64,000 nucleotides of DNA from Bispira polyomma (lineage: Eukaryota), in contig OZ287752.1 in assembly GCA_965649765.1 (NCBI GenBank), forward strand, positions 62,558,001 through 62,622,000. The letters are read 5' to 3'. A program made the position numbers and the translations under genes. Below are positions 25,688-39,556 of this stretch, piece after piece. The stretch's first letter is position 1, and every line of letters begins with the position of its first letter. A model generated the notes under the pieces. That model had not been told where the DNA came from and did not search any database. It saw nothing but the letters and a program-made list of their open reading frames with translations.

Positions 25688-26182
25688 CTGAGGTGAAGGC
25701 CATCTGTACCTCATGTACATGGACATAACCTGTATTTGTGACCATTTATTTTGATAGAGCTTTTAACGCTGATTTGGAATATGCAGTCAGATTGTATGTA
25801 TCTGCCCTGTCACCAGAGATAGGAAGACATTAGAGTATTTGACCTTGAATCTGAGCTTTGAGATTATTATTTTAGGGGAAATATGTAGCCACTGGAGTCT
25901 CATTTCAGTTTGATGCTATTTGAGGAAGCAGGTCGAGCTTTGCTGTTGGGGGTGTAGCTATCAGTCAGTTTTAGTGAGGCCCTCCCTTAAGAAAGAAAAG
26001 AGAGTCAAAAAACCAGTACACAAGATTGACATTTCCATTACCTCGTGCCTTGCTTCCAAAATACCACGCTTCTCAATTTTTTTTTCTTCCTTTCCTTTTC
26101 TTCCTACTGAGCACTGTATTATTGGATGAAAGAGAGACTCTGGTGGTTTGGTGGTAGATGTGGTTTTCCTCTGCAATCCTTT
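25688..26182 (-). other. candidate non-coding exon (possible GPCR 5' UTR exon)
   Basis: Acceptor ATTAATTTTCAG|AAAG at 26184-26183 and strong donor CAG|GTGAGT at 25687-25682. No long conserved-looking ORF. Confidence 0.25.
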
Positions 26183-27603
26183 CTGAAAATTAATATTTAA
26201 ATTATTACCTCAAATAACACTTGCTACATGCTATATACTTATAGCACAAGAAGGCTGGGGTAAATATATATTGATATATAGTATTTCAACTAATAGAGAG
26301 AAATATTATATCTAATACCATTTGGTGGAATTATTTAAAAAGAACAGTTTTCGAGGAAAATAAGAGACTTTAGAATTTCTGTATTTGTCTTACATCACCA
26401 GCATATTCTTCTTCATACAGGAAGATAAATTGACTTTAGTTTATTAAAAAATATGCTCAGCCATATGCTTTAGATTATGCAAAATTGAAATTCACTCGGG
26501 AAGAACAACCGATATGATTTGTCCATGTATTTATTTACCCCTAAAACAAGACTTTGATAAAAGACCAGGTATGTTGAAGTTGTATGATGTTTTGTGTGTA
26601 GATAATAACTCAATTACAGTCTAGTGACAGGGGTGTAATTAATACACACAGGCACTACTCTTTACAGCTTAATGAGTGTGTAGAATGGGCATGATATCCT
26701 ACAAGCAAGGAAAAAATCAGAAATAATAGACATGCACATGAGAACTAATAGTATTAGAGAGACCCTGTAAGTCATAGGGTGGCAAGAGATTGTATTTCAA
26801 TTAAAGGGGGAAACAAGTTCATTAGTTTAAGTAAGAGTCTCGCCAGTGGGGGATCTAGAGTTAATGTACAATGATGTTACACACTTGTGGAATAGATCCT
26901 TAGACAAGGATTGTATCTAGGTTCCATGATAATAGTAATGTGTAAGTGATTATTAGATAGAATATTGTACCAAATAAATGGTACCCATTAAACCTAAACT
27001 TTGTAACAGTAATTTCCATATAACTTGATGAAGAATATATTGTTTCAACATAATGGCTGGCCACGTTTAGTACTTACTACACATATATAGAATGGGATAA
27101 CTATAATATACATGATGACTGTTCTTAGGCAGTAGCTCTAATATTAGATCATAAAATATATAACTGATGTAGTTTATACACATGTTCCACCCTTTTTATG
27201 TTTCTATTTGACCATTTATCTGCCCCCTAAAATGACTTACAAATATGAAATACATGGATGTTTTAAATAATATCAGATATTTTCTTAATCCCACCTCAAG
27301 TGATAAGGAACATTGCCAAAGATGTCCAAAGTAGCTTGGAGGATCTTTATCTTGGAGCTTCATAGATCATATTTTCTCACGACATCTACCCATATTGTAT
27401 ACATACAGTTAATCATAGTATGTGTCCATGTATTTTGAACCACATTCCCTTTGGGGTGAGGTATCTAGAGTACCAAATAAATGAGACTCCAGAGTCCAGG
27501 ACCCATATTCTCCAACGATATTCAGGCTCAATTATGTGGAACTCGTTGTAGATAAAATAAACCACTACTTGTGACCATTTATTTTACTACAGCTTTCAGC
27601 ACT

Positions 27604-28050
27604 GAATTGTATTGTATTTTGCATTCTAGGGTGCTTTATTGATGCAAGGCATCCTCTACAGCACAACAACAGAATCAATTAACCAATTGAGAAGTTCAAA
27701 AACACATAGCCAGTTTATAAGGAATGTCGTGTGGGTGTACAGGGAGCTAAAGGAAGTAAGGGGGTAAGCCAATTTAGAGAAATAGGATTTAATTTTTCTC
27801 CTCAATTTGCAAAGTTGTTCTAGTGTAGTGGTTCCTAAGCTCAACCGGCAGACTATTCCATAAGATAGTAAGCAGTGATTGAGAAAGCTCTAGATCCAGC
27901 ACTTTTGGTGGGTTTAACAGAAGAAAAAACAGAACATCTCTTTTCTCTCTTTAAGACAATATGCAGTCAGAGTTTAACTGCAAAGACAGAGACATGGAAA
28001 GTTAAGGCTTGAGCTTCGGTTAAGCGATAAATCTTTTGGCCACAGATCTA
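27604..28050 (-). mobile_element. L2-type LINE 3' end (family B) with (AATAC)n tail
   Basis: RAFSITAYYL.WNSLPVELR motif on the minus strand, shared 3' UTR (TTGATGCAAGGCATC) and ATTGT repeats. Confidence 0.75.
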
Positions 28051-29210
28051 ACAATAACATGTCTATAAATTGTTATGTCGTCACAGATAGATATTTGATT
28101 AATCAAGCCATTTTGCTGCCCTTTTAAATGCTGTCTTTATTTTCTGAAGCTATATTCAGAATTTGGAGAGTGAATTCTTTCGTGTCCCTTAAGTAGTAAA
28201 TATTTAAATTTTCCTGTGCTAATACGAGACTACAGAATATTTTGTGTTGCAACTAAATTATCTAGGCTATTTTACTCCTCTCAAAATATCTCTTTTAGAC
28301 ATCTTATGAAAAATTAAAGACCAAAAAAAAACTAAATAAATCATGTACATTTAATCAAAGTATTACATTTTTCTTTCAGTTGCTTTTCATAATTGCAGCT
28401 GCATCTGTAAAACGTAGTGGGTAATTAGTGTGTGCTGGGGTGATTTGGTTTATGTCATTTAGCTGAGACAGCTCCCTTCTTATCACGAGAAACTCAATTG
28501 ACGTCATTCTGTTGTAAAACATAAAATTGCTAAAAATTGATGTTTTTTGTTTTTTTTTTGGCATTATAGTCTATCCATGATGCATGCTGAAATCAGTGTT
28601 TTGCACCCTCATTCATTTTTATTACAACATTTGTAACAAACCCATTCTTCACAATTAGATATATTATGTGTGTTACAAAATAATGTACGTTTATATTTAA
28701 TGCACTTTTATATACCTTTGTTATTGTATAATAGAATTGTTTACTTAACAATATTCAATTAATGCAAAAGAACATATGATCTACATTTTATAGTTGAATT
28801 TTTAGTTTTAATTTTTACTATCAACATCTTTGGCCATATGGTGATGGCAGATTTATTGTTGGAGGAAAAAGCAATGCCATTTGTATTGGCAACCAGCATT
28901 GGTCTATGCTAAAGTACGCTGCATATATATATGGCCATATTAGTATATAATGTATTGGCATTGTAACTCTGAGACTCAAAGTGTAATGAACCTTTTCTTG
29001 ACTTTGGTGCCAAGAATCAGTTGCCTAGCACCTACTGTACTACAGGTCCAAGTCATATACATTTCTATATACACAGATAAAACAAAAACAGAGTTTAAGT
29101 TTGTTATCATTTTATATCACTGCCAACATCTTACATTATACATGTTTGTTGGCCAGATTTAACCAAGGAGTTACAATACAACTTATGGTTAGTACTCCAT
29201 ATGCTGCCAA

Positions 29211-29458
29211 GGGGCCGCGGTGGCCTAGTGGTTAGCAAGCATGGTGCTTCACAATCACTGGTCTCTCACCTCTGAGCGGTGTAAGTTCGAATTCTGTCTA
29301 TGTCTATGTAGGAAAGGTGGTAGTTCCTTACTGTGGGCCGCTGGTTTCAGTGCAGAACCTTGATCAACTGTATGCAATGTTTCCTCCAACATTTCCAACT
29401 ATCCATCCCAATATAACCTAAACAGGTACTAGAGTGGACGTTAAATATTCAAATTCAA
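29211..29458 (+). mobile_element. full-length tRNA-derived SINE with target-site duplication
   Basis: Box A GGTGGCCTAGTGG and box B GTTCGAATTC, TTCAAA-type tail, TSD CATATGCT(G/T)CCA at 29198-29209 and 29462-29473. Confidence 0.88.
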
Positions 29459-29586
29459 GATCATATGCTTCCACATTTGATAAAAGAGGATCATAGACAG
29501 AATTTGAGTTAGCCTTTTTATATAAAGCCTGTCAGAATATGTTTCACTTGTCTTAAATTAGGTTTGAGTACACTATGAAGTGAGCA

Positions 29587-29808
29587 GGGGGGCCCGGTGG
29601 TGAGAAGCATTAGTGTCATATTCACTGGCATTTCACCCATGTGAGCTTGAATCTTGTTCGTTCCTTAATATATGGAAAAGTTGGTCAGGGGCTTGCCATA
29701 GGTTGGTGGTTTTACAGTGCTTCAGCACTGGTTTTCAACACCATTAAATTTGGCTGTGGAGATACCTAAACTGTTGAAAGCGATATAAAGTCCAACACAA
29801 TTCAAATT
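29587..29808 (+). mobile_element. second tRNA-derived SINE (V-domain-like core) with target-site duplication
   Basis: GGGGGCCCGGTGG start, GGTGGTTTT...CTGGTTTTC..CACCA core, TTCAAA tail. TSD CAC(T/C)ATG(A/T)AGTGAGCA at 29571-29586 and 29809-29824. Confidence 0.8.
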
Positions 29809-31139
29809 CACCATGTAGTGAGCAATTGGTTATTATGTAAGCAAACTACTACAAACGAAAGCATTTGCTAATGTCATAACAGTATGGTTTACCAAAAAAG
29901 GGTGGGGGGTTGGAACAATGTTACCATAACTGTGTTCCACACACAGTTGCTATGGTGCGGTGTTATTTTTTTAAACTTTTGTTCCAACTTTTAATTCATC
30001 TATATCCATCCCATCAGATCCTCTGATAATACTAGTCTAAGGGAGGAGATGTGTGTCGTCTGGCGACTTACTAGAGGGGTAATAATTGCACAGGAAATTG
30101 AAGCCCCATGTTTTGATCTCTACAAACATTTACAACCAACCTTCATATTTTTACTCATTCCTACATACTAGCATTTTTAAATAATTATTTCTGGTATTTC
30201 TCTTTTCATTTTGTGTAAAAATTACACTATATTCCATTGTCATCTTACTTTTGTGCCGTATCAACAACATAGTAACATTTTGAAATTAATTTTTGGGCAT
30301 TCCCGGTTTTTCATTTTGTAGAACTTTATATTTCAAAGGATGGCCTTAGAGTTCATATACATGAGCCACTGGAAGATGTCCACCTTTCGTATGTATAAGG
30401 AAGAGATTTACCTATCTTTTTAAATGATGATGGTCTATTGTTAACATTTCTACAGATCTACTTGATTGAACGACCTATGATTAGATGATTATAAAATATT
30501 TAAGTGAATTTAAAATCTTTTAGTGAATTAAAAGGATCTTTTTTAAGAAACTCCCAATTAGGAATTCATTGATGAAACTCTTTCACTGGTAAAAATATTT
30601 CTTCTTTATGTTACATGCATCTTACAAACCAATCTGAGAAGCCCAGTGAGGTTGCACTCAGGATAATATTTTAAGTATGACTAATAAATAATTAAGGACT
30701 CGTGGCTTTGAGAATGAATTGCAAGCCCCATCCATCTTCAATCTCTGTCCAGTTTTAACCTTCAACGAAATGGACATTACAGTAAGTGAGTCAGTTACAT
30801 GTTCCAACCATTATACCGATGAGAACGTTTAGCCCTGCCTTAAAATAGACTGTAATCCTTAATTACTCTGCAAATAGAAAGTAAAGAAGTGTGGGTTGCT
30901 TTGCTTGAGTTTTTAACTTTTTAATATGATAAATTCATATGCCCAACACATTGGTTCCTTTAAAGTTAGTATTCAAGACAGTCATCACCAAGTACATGTG
31001 TATTTTTTTCCGCGAGCCTTTGAAAGGCTGTATATCGCATTCATATTTTTACCGGTTCAGTTAAGTAAAAGTAATCTTATGAGAACTCTGAACTAACATT
31101 TTCCTATCCCACCCAAATCTATGTTAGTTTATAGTTGTC

Positions 31140-32360
31140 TCCAGTTGTACATGAACACGTATGCCTCAAGCTCTAAGACATTTCAGGGTTTTCAGTTTAC
31201 TATTGCTATATGCCATAGACTACAATGCATTCATGGTGTTTTCAATTGACTGCAGGGCATATATGCCTCAAACCATAACACATTCTAGTTGTATTCAATT
31301 GACTGCAGGGCATATATGCCTCAAACCATAATACATTCTAGGTGTATTCAAGTAACTGCAGGGCATATATGCCTCAAACCATAATACATTCTAGGTGTAT
31401 TCAATTGACTGCAGGGTATATGCCACAGTATATAAGACTTTTCAGGGGTCTCCAGTTGTCTACAGGTTTAAGTTTCAGAATATAATATATATTTCGGGTG
31501 TCTTCAATTGACTGCACTATATATGCTATAGATTATTAGACATTCCAGTTGTTTTTCAGTTGACCACATGGGTATACGTCACAGTATATAAGACATTCCA
31601 GGTGCCTTCAATTGACTGCAGGGTATATGCCTTAGTATATAAGACATTCCAGTTGTTTTCAGTTTGATACAAGTATATGCCACAAAGTACAAGACATTTA
31701 GACATTTCAGTTTTTAGTCGATTACATATATATGCCACAGTATATCAGACATTCTAGAGGTTTGTTTTCAGTTGACTACAGGTATATATCACAGATTATA
31801 TAAGACATTCCAGTTTACTGCAGGTATATATAACAGGCTGGAATACATTTTAGTTGCTTTCAGTTAACTACAGGGGATATATGTCACAGATTATCAGACA
31901 TTCCAGTTGTTTTCAGATGACTGTAGGAGTAGATGCTACAGACTATAATACATTTCACTTGTTGCAGTTAGCTACAATTATATTCCATATACTATAATAC
32001 ATTCCAGTTGTTTTTCAGTTGAATACAGATACATATCACAGTATATCAGATAATCCAGTTGTTTGTTTCCAGTTGCTTTCAGGGTTATATACCACAATAT
32101 AGCAAACATTTAAGGTGTTTTCAATTGACTACAGATATATGCCACAATATATCAAACATTTCAAGTGTTTCCAGTTGACTACAGTTACATACCACAATAT
32201 ATCAAACATTTCAATTGTTTCCAGTTGACTTCAGGTATATACACCAATATATCAAACATATCATGTGTTTTCAGTTGACTACAGACATATGCCACAATAT
32301 ATCAAACATTTTAAGTGTTTTCAGTTGACTACAGGTATATGCCACAGGCTATGATACTTT
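31140..32360. repeat. ~50-bp minisatellite, roughly two dozen diverged copies
   Basis: Unit approx. GCCACAATATATCAAACATTTTAAGTGTTTTCAGTTGACTACAGGTATAT. Confidence 0.92.
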
Positions 32361-33104
32361 GCAAAACCAATTGAAAAGTCAAGGTTTTGCACAAGTCTCA
32401 CCGGCTGCTGCATTGACCCAAAACACTAACATGATGTTGTGACATTTCTTCATGCAGAGCATTTCCACATGTATTCCTTCACGGTAAACTTCTTCTTATG
32501 TACTGGTAATACCAGTTACATAAATTTATATATGTGCTGACACTGATGATTTGGTATTAGTATGACACCCCTTTTGATGAATCAGTTCTATTATCTATCT
32601 TCAACCTTTTAACTTCTTATAAACCCAACATATATTTAAACATTTACACAATTTTTATGTTTGGCTAAATCCATATCACCTTTTTTTAAATTACCTTTTA
32701 TAAATTGATAAATGTTGTGTTGATTGAAGCTATCTGACTAATTTGTAAAATTTAGATCAATAAAAACTGTATCCCAGATAAAGCTTACTAAACCGTTTAC
32801 AGGTTGGAAGAAAAGAGCAATACATATCAGCAGGCCCATTATAAAGGTTAAAACTGTAATAAAAACAAGAAAATAAAACAACCACTGATGTTCTTCAAGC
32901 TGCAAACTTTTATATTTTTATAAAAAAAAAATAATTGATGCTTTTGATTTTTTTAAGATCAAACTGCAAAATAAGGTAATATCATACCTAGATGATACCA
33001 TATATTAAAAGTTAAATAGATACCATTTTTAAAAGATAAGCTGACCACCCTTGTCATAGCACCCATATTAATTTACACTAACAAATGTAGTAGAATCATC
33101 TTAC

Positions 33105-33530
33105 CTTTTTTAATCTCTATTTCCAGTTAAAGTAAATCCACTTTTTAAACTTCCACGAGGAATTCGTTTACCGTCTGTCCTAACCAATGATGAAAACACT
33201 GGTAGAGTGACCACTGCTAGTGGACAGAAGTCCTATAAACTTCTACCAATAAATGTCATTTGCAGTGTGGCCTCAATACTCCTAGGCAGACCACTTCTCT
33301 CCTCACTTAAAGTTCATATAATTACTGCTTTATTGGTCTTTTCAGGATGTCTTTCTCCTACTACTCTACGAGGAGCTGAATTAGTCTCCCAGGGAATACC
33401 CCTCTTCAGCAAACTAGAAGGTGCATGTGAGTGTGTGGGTGTGTTTGTTGCTGGGGCCATTATGGCTAGGAGGTTATTAACTACACCGAGAAATGGCAAG
33501 CTATTAAAGCAATTTGTATGCAAGGTGGTC
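33105..33530 (-). other. candidate non-coding exon (possible GPCR 5' UTR exon)
   Basis: Acceptor TTTCATTTATATCTATTTAG|GACC (AG at 33532-33531) and donor AAG|GTAAGA (33104-33099). Locally GC-richer and free of recognisable repeats. Confidence 0.4.
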
Positions 33531-36234
33531 CTAAATAGATATAAATGAAACTGTCAATTATGAACAAAGTAATATCTTGTGACTAATGAACTTTTCGCCA
33601 CAATAGCTAATACTTGCAATTGTCACCATTTGCAAGGAGTTGAAAATGTACATCAAACTTTGCAATATTATCCTTAAATTCCCTTGTGGTTGATTTTTCC
33701 ATCTATCCTGCTGACACTGATTTCATTAGGATTTACTAAATGCTGACAAATGTCTTTTTCTTGTATTATAATTATACAGAATCATCTTTTAGGGGTACAC
33801 CCCTGTAAAGTAACACCTTCAAAAAGCCTCCCATAAACTTTGAAAACATGACTTTTTAAAAATAAGTCAAGGAGATTCTTTATGATCCTGTCTTTGGCCT
33901 CGGACTTGAGTTCCTTTATGTTTGATTCAGAAGATAATTTGATAATGAGGCCAGCGAAAGTAGTCATTTGTGATATAGTTTTGATGTAACACAGAAGACA
34001 CAAATATAGCGCAGAGAGTAATGAAGTTGTCATGCCGTGGAATTGCTTGTCAGGAAGACTGCCATTTCCTGACAAGCTCCTAAAAACCAGTATATATTTC
34101 TGGCAAAACACAGTCTCATTACCTGGTTATATTTAACATGTTTTCAGATGATATGGATGTCTTTGTTTTAATAGTTGTATTCTACAACCTCTGGTCAATG
34201 GTCACAGAGGAAAAGTTATAAACTCCCTCTTTTATGGTAACACTCAAATAAAATCAATATAATAATAGAACTTAAATATGCAGAGGTAATCACACCATTA
34301 GCAAAATACTCAAAATGGGCAGTTAAGTTATTGTTGCAGGGTGCTAAATTACTATATCATGTGTATCATCATTAACACACATCTTTAAAACTATGTTTCT
34401 CTCCATACAATAATAAGTACATTGTTCTTCGAAACAGGTCTTAATAGTTTTTCAAATAAACTATAATGTGATCACTACCTCAGTAATATATGGAATCATC
34501 TATGGTAAAATCAATAATACACTTTTGCCAAGGACACCGAACACTGGCTGTCTCTAGAAATAAAAGAAGGAAAGGGAAGGAGTAGCCCGATGATATTATC
34601 CTACTCTGATAGAAGGGGCACATCTCTGAATATACAGTGTATCTTTGGATTCAAAAACAATATAATTAAATAATGTTGCTCACTATGACAATGTTTCTAT
34701 CCTGAAGTGTAGGTTCTATTTTTGTTAAAGAAGTGTCTTACTTAATTGGTGATAATATCTAAAGGTATAGTTATTAAATTCAATTCATGAGTCTTAATGC
34801 ATGTGTATAAATTTTACACTATATTTTAGATAATCAATACAAATACTGGTCGTTTTAAAATAAATGAATATAATCTATTCGTGTCTTTTGATTAATTAGT
34901 ATGGTATTAGTCTGGGGGTGAGAATGAATTAACTACGCCTCTTCTCAACAATCTAGTGAAATCTACATTTGGAATTGCATGCTTTCAGGCACATATTCTG
35001 ACATTTTGTTTACACATTGATGGCGCCTGGATTTGTTGTTACTTCCTCCTAATCAATCAGTCAGTCAATCATAAAAAAGTTGTACAAGTTTTATCTTTAA
35101 GATATGGGAAAGATGACTATCTTCTGTAAAGATATTCTCAACAGGGTTATGTTGTGGGGGTGAATGTGGCTATTTGTGTGGCTAGTTGGATGGGGCCTTT
35201 TAAGAGAATACAGAAGCCTTGCTCAGTTAAGTGTCTGCTTTGATCTGAATTGACCTTTATAAGAACATAGACTGTACTCCACCTACTCACACATTCAAGT
35301 TAAGGTTATGGGGTTGTTTTACATTAAATATCTGAAACTTCAATTCATGCCTATATAAATTCAAATACAAGATACATATCTTACCTTATTAATTGAAATC
35401 AGCCAGACGTCTCACCATTCATTATTATGGTATAATGGTAAAGTTATTATATAAATACCAACCTATTATTGCTTGTATGAAAATGCCTGACCAATTTATT
35501 TATTTAATATGGACAGAGCTTCATATATAAAACCTGTTGTTAATTTTATGATGGGCAAATGTACATTAGGGCTTGACAATTCATTAATGTAAATAAATCT
35601 AAAAACCCCAGTGAAAGATATGACAGCATATGAGTAAGATGGACAGTTGTAGCGGATGTTTATGTTTACTAGACAAATGTGACTTTATCTTTTTAATTTG
35701 AGATAGACATTTTTGTCCTGTTTTTAATAGGCCCTTATTAAGTTACATAATGGGAACATTCATGGACAAGTATAGGTACTGCAGAACATATGAAAAAACT
35801 TGCTTGGTGGCCTTAAGTTAGGTATTTCAAGTAGGTTACTGTAGTTTCTTGAAGATTTGTGTTTGGTAAAAACTATAGCTTCCCATTTACAGACATGATT
35901 TGTTTATGATTTGTTTATTATCTAATCAAAGGTAAACTGCAGATATTCGGGGTTACTGACAAGAATGCCTCTGTATTGCATCAAACAAAAACCAACAGAA
36001 ATGATTTCATTCATAGTTGAAGGGTTGTTTTATAAACATACATTTTATTATTACATTCACCCAGGATGTTATGTGTTGATCCTTGTCTGTCACTTGGTTG
36101 GTTTGCTTGTTTGTTTAGCACCGAGCATTAAGCACAAAATGTACACAACCGATTCATACACAATTTCATATACATAAAAACATAAACCCTTAAATTTAAG
36201 TATCAATGTTTGGCTGATTAAAACAAAGGCACAT

Positions 36235-36475
36235 GTGGGTAGAAGTGCCTGCTTCGCAATTATTGGCCTTGGTTGGAATCCTGTTTGTTCCTTCATGTGA
36301 TATGACATATACAATGTGCAGAAAGCGACATGAAACCCAAATCAAATCAAAAATTCTTAATGTGGGAATGTTCGGCATCAGGTATTTGCCATATGTCGGT
36401 GGTTTACACTGTTTGAGTGCTAGTTTCTTCTAAGCTGTTGAAAGCGATGTAAATCCCCGACTAGATTCTAAATTT
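36235..36475 (+). mobile_element. degenerate SINE of the 29587 family
   Basis: TTTGCCATATGTCGGTGGTTTACA...GCTGTTGAAAGCGATGTAAA shared. Confidence 0.6.
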
Positions 36476-36614
36476 CTGAAGTAGTAACATTTGGTTAAGT
36501 ACCGTTCTATTGTATCATGTATTACTTACAGATGCAGCACGTTTGTGTGATTTATCATTTGAAGCCATTCTTAGGTATGCTATAAAAATTCACATTATAC
36601 TTGTTTTCTTTGCG

Positions 36615-36915
36615 CTATTTGTATTTTGTATTTTTAACGTTCTTTATTGATGTTAGGCATCTTTTAAAACTTAACAACAGACCAACTGGTAAGTCAAAAA
36701 CATGTAGTCAGGTTTTAAGTTTTTTTTTCTAAATCCAGACTGTGTTTCTAGTGGTCTACGATCAACTGGGACACCATTCCATACCATATAAGGGCAGCGA
36801 TTGAGAAAGCTCAAAATGTTGCCCTCTTGGTAGGTTTTTTTACAGAGGAAACAGAAAGTCTCTTCACCATCTAAAGGTTACTGAAGAAAAGAGAAGTAGG
36901 AAGGCAGGAGGGGTG
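36615..36915 (-). mobile_element. L2-type LINE 3' end (family B)
   Basis: Shared 3' UTR (TTGATGTTAGGCATC) and AFSIAALIWY..GVPVDRR ORF2 remnant on the minus strand. Confidence 0.65.
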
Positions 36916-38532
36916 ATTTTTTTTTTTGGACTGTAGAAATTAAATAATACAAAATCACAATACAACATGTTTTACAGCAACAAGTCATAAATTTCAGGGT
37001 CACAATTTGTGAGCATCTTATTTTTCAATTACTCAGATTACAAGTTTGATTTTTTTTATTTTCAAGTTTCCATTTGGACAAATACAGTGACACATTAATT
37101 ACTACAAGGGATATATGAGAAAGTGAGCACCCCTGTCTCAAATTAGACATTAAATTGGTTAGTTAATTAAAGATCAGAGATCACCAGGTCTTCAGGTACA
37201 GATTTTACTGCTCGCTTTCAGCAAATAAATACAGATTCATTGAAATTGTTATACCTTTAAGGTCATGAGTTATATTGTTTAACAAGTTTCAGTGGAAGTT
37301 TGGTTGGATGCTGGAGAAATCAGATTCAGTTTGTTTGGATAATTTTATTTACAAAGTTCGTTAGAATTTGTGCATATATCTGTACATATAAATTTTTAGA
37401 TAATTTAACATTTTTATAATGCCTCACGGCGTATATAAGGACAGTTATAATAGATGTCCATTTTTAAACCGCTATGGTACATTAATAATATATAAATATT
37501 TAAGGACATTTTAATATCTAATTTATTGCACTGTGCATTTTACTCTGATTGTTGGACTAATAATACAACTATTCAAGGCACTTTTATTCACAACATTTGA
37601 ACCTAGCCCAAAAATTATTTTCTCAATTGTTGATCACAATGAAACTTACTGACATTTAACTGTGTATTAAAAATTCTTTACTAGTTGTTTTCTCAAAAAC
37701 TTATCCTGTTACAGTAGAATAGGCTCCTATTTTTGGTGCTGTCATTAAATACCTTGATGTTCTATGTTTAGTAAATATTTCTTTATCACTTGCAAACACT
37801 TAGACTAACTCTTAATTATTTATTAGACATAAAAATTGGGTATCAACACAAAGCACCTTTACCATTGTGTGTGGACATCGGGAAATAAAAAAAAATATTA
37901 ATGGCATACAATAAAAATACAATAATTACATCCTGTTTATAACCCTTCATGTTTCTTCATTTATTTTAATAATTATAGTCTTTCAATTTTATATCACTTT
38001 GACGTCACAAATTGAAAAACCTTATTACAGAAGTAAATTTTGAAAAAAAAGTTTAGGACTCTAGGGATTGTCTGCTAACAATAGCTTTAAATTGCCTGTG
38101 TGTTTTTAAATAAATTGGACATAGATCCCTAGATACTAAAATATGTCACCCTGGTCAAATTATATGAGCGGACAATTATTCTTTTTGCCCTGTTTTGCAT
38201 ATGGGTTCATATTAAAAGTTGCTACAAAGGAGTTAAGTGCAATAAAAAATCTCTTTATTCAGAATTTTCTGGCAATATTTGCCACCATAATTATCAGTTT
38301 TTTTTTTCAAACATACCTTATTAGAGTTGCTGATCTGAAAATCTGACCTTTAGAAATATAGTAAAAGTAAAACATTCAAAACGTTAGTGTACTTTCTTGT
38401 TTGAACTTGTGATAGTCTCACATTTGACTTGTATTTGGTGTCAATCACTGATATGGGGCTAATGAGGCTTAACATCAGGATTTATTGTCAAGAAATAGTA
38501 TAAATAGTATACTGTAATAAATACAAACTTAC

Positions 38533-38585
38533 CGTTCTGTTTTAGTATTAGATTCGTCCCCTTCTTGCATTCACTTTTAGATTAT
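38533..38585 (-). other. candidate 53-bp internal non-coding exon
   Basis: Acceptor TTTATTTTATTTCCAG| and donor ACG|GTAAGT. Stop codons in all three frames, so it would be UTR or lncRNA. Confidence 0.55.
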
Positions 38586-39371
38586 CTGGAAATAAAATAA
38601 ACATAGACTATATATATATAAAAAAAATAGCTAATCATTCATCCTACCGGCTGACACAAAGTAGCATGGACGTTCATTTTCATTTACTAAAAAAAAAACA
38701 CGCTGAAATTCAAATCAGTATTTTGCATGTCACTGAGAATCAAGTCCAAAGCGCCATATGGCTGACAATGTCTACCTTCAATGAACCCAACCTTTGTACA
38801 TACAATACAAAAAAAAAAAAAATTCAACTTTGATGCAAAAAAAAACAAAAATTCAACTTTGATGCAAACTGTTTGCACACATTACAAAGCAAAAGTCAAC
38901 TTTGATCAAAACACTTTTTTTCACATCACAACAGTGTGTCTGTTTGTACAGCCGATTTCATTATCATCATCAAAACTATGTTTAAATTACATCTATACAC
39001 GGTTTGTTTTCTCCTTATACACTGTTAAGTTCATTAATGCAAATCTAGATTCAACCACTGATAATTGAGGATGGTCATCAGCCATTTGTGCTTTGGATCT
39101 CATTTGTACAAAACTTGAAAGTTGGTTGAGCAGTAAACAAGTGCCAGGGTGTATCCATGTATTAAAAAGGGGCCGCATATAATGGCAGGTGTAATCGTTT
39201 GAGCAGATTTTGTAATATGCTGCAGAAAGGATGCTACATACAGAATACCAGAAACAAAGTTAGAATAGGAAGAAGAGGAAGATGTACAGGTTACTACCAA
39301 GCCTATGCTGTCCAGTGATGTGGTGTAAAATGCATCTACCTCAGTATAGAATGGTGTCTGTACTGAGACAA

Positions 39372-39556
39372 GGATTACAGCTTTCAAGAAAAAGCTCAAA
39401 ACACACGTGTACCAACTTGCTTTTCTGCCTTAACATTCTTCTCCTGGACATGACTGAACTCTGATCACGAACCTTTTTTCCTATGGGACTATATTCTTTT
39501 GCATACTTATTGGCCTGGTCATTGATTGTGGCGATATAGAAGTAAAAAAGTTAACT
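39372..39556 (+). mobile_element. LINE family A 3' end fragment
   Basis: FKKKLKTHVYQLAF plus GACTGAACTCTGATCACGAAC...GCCTGGTC..TGATTGTGGCGATATAGAAGT, shared with 84..446. Confidence 0.75.

Noticed and set aside
29211-29295. tRNA gene
   Set aside because: Box A and B are present but there is no cloverleaf. It continues into a SINE body with a tail and TSD.
33207-34111. ORFs of 113, 69 and 109 aa as a second protein-coding gene
   Set aside because: Non-ATG starts, no recognisable motifs and no consistent coding exon chain.
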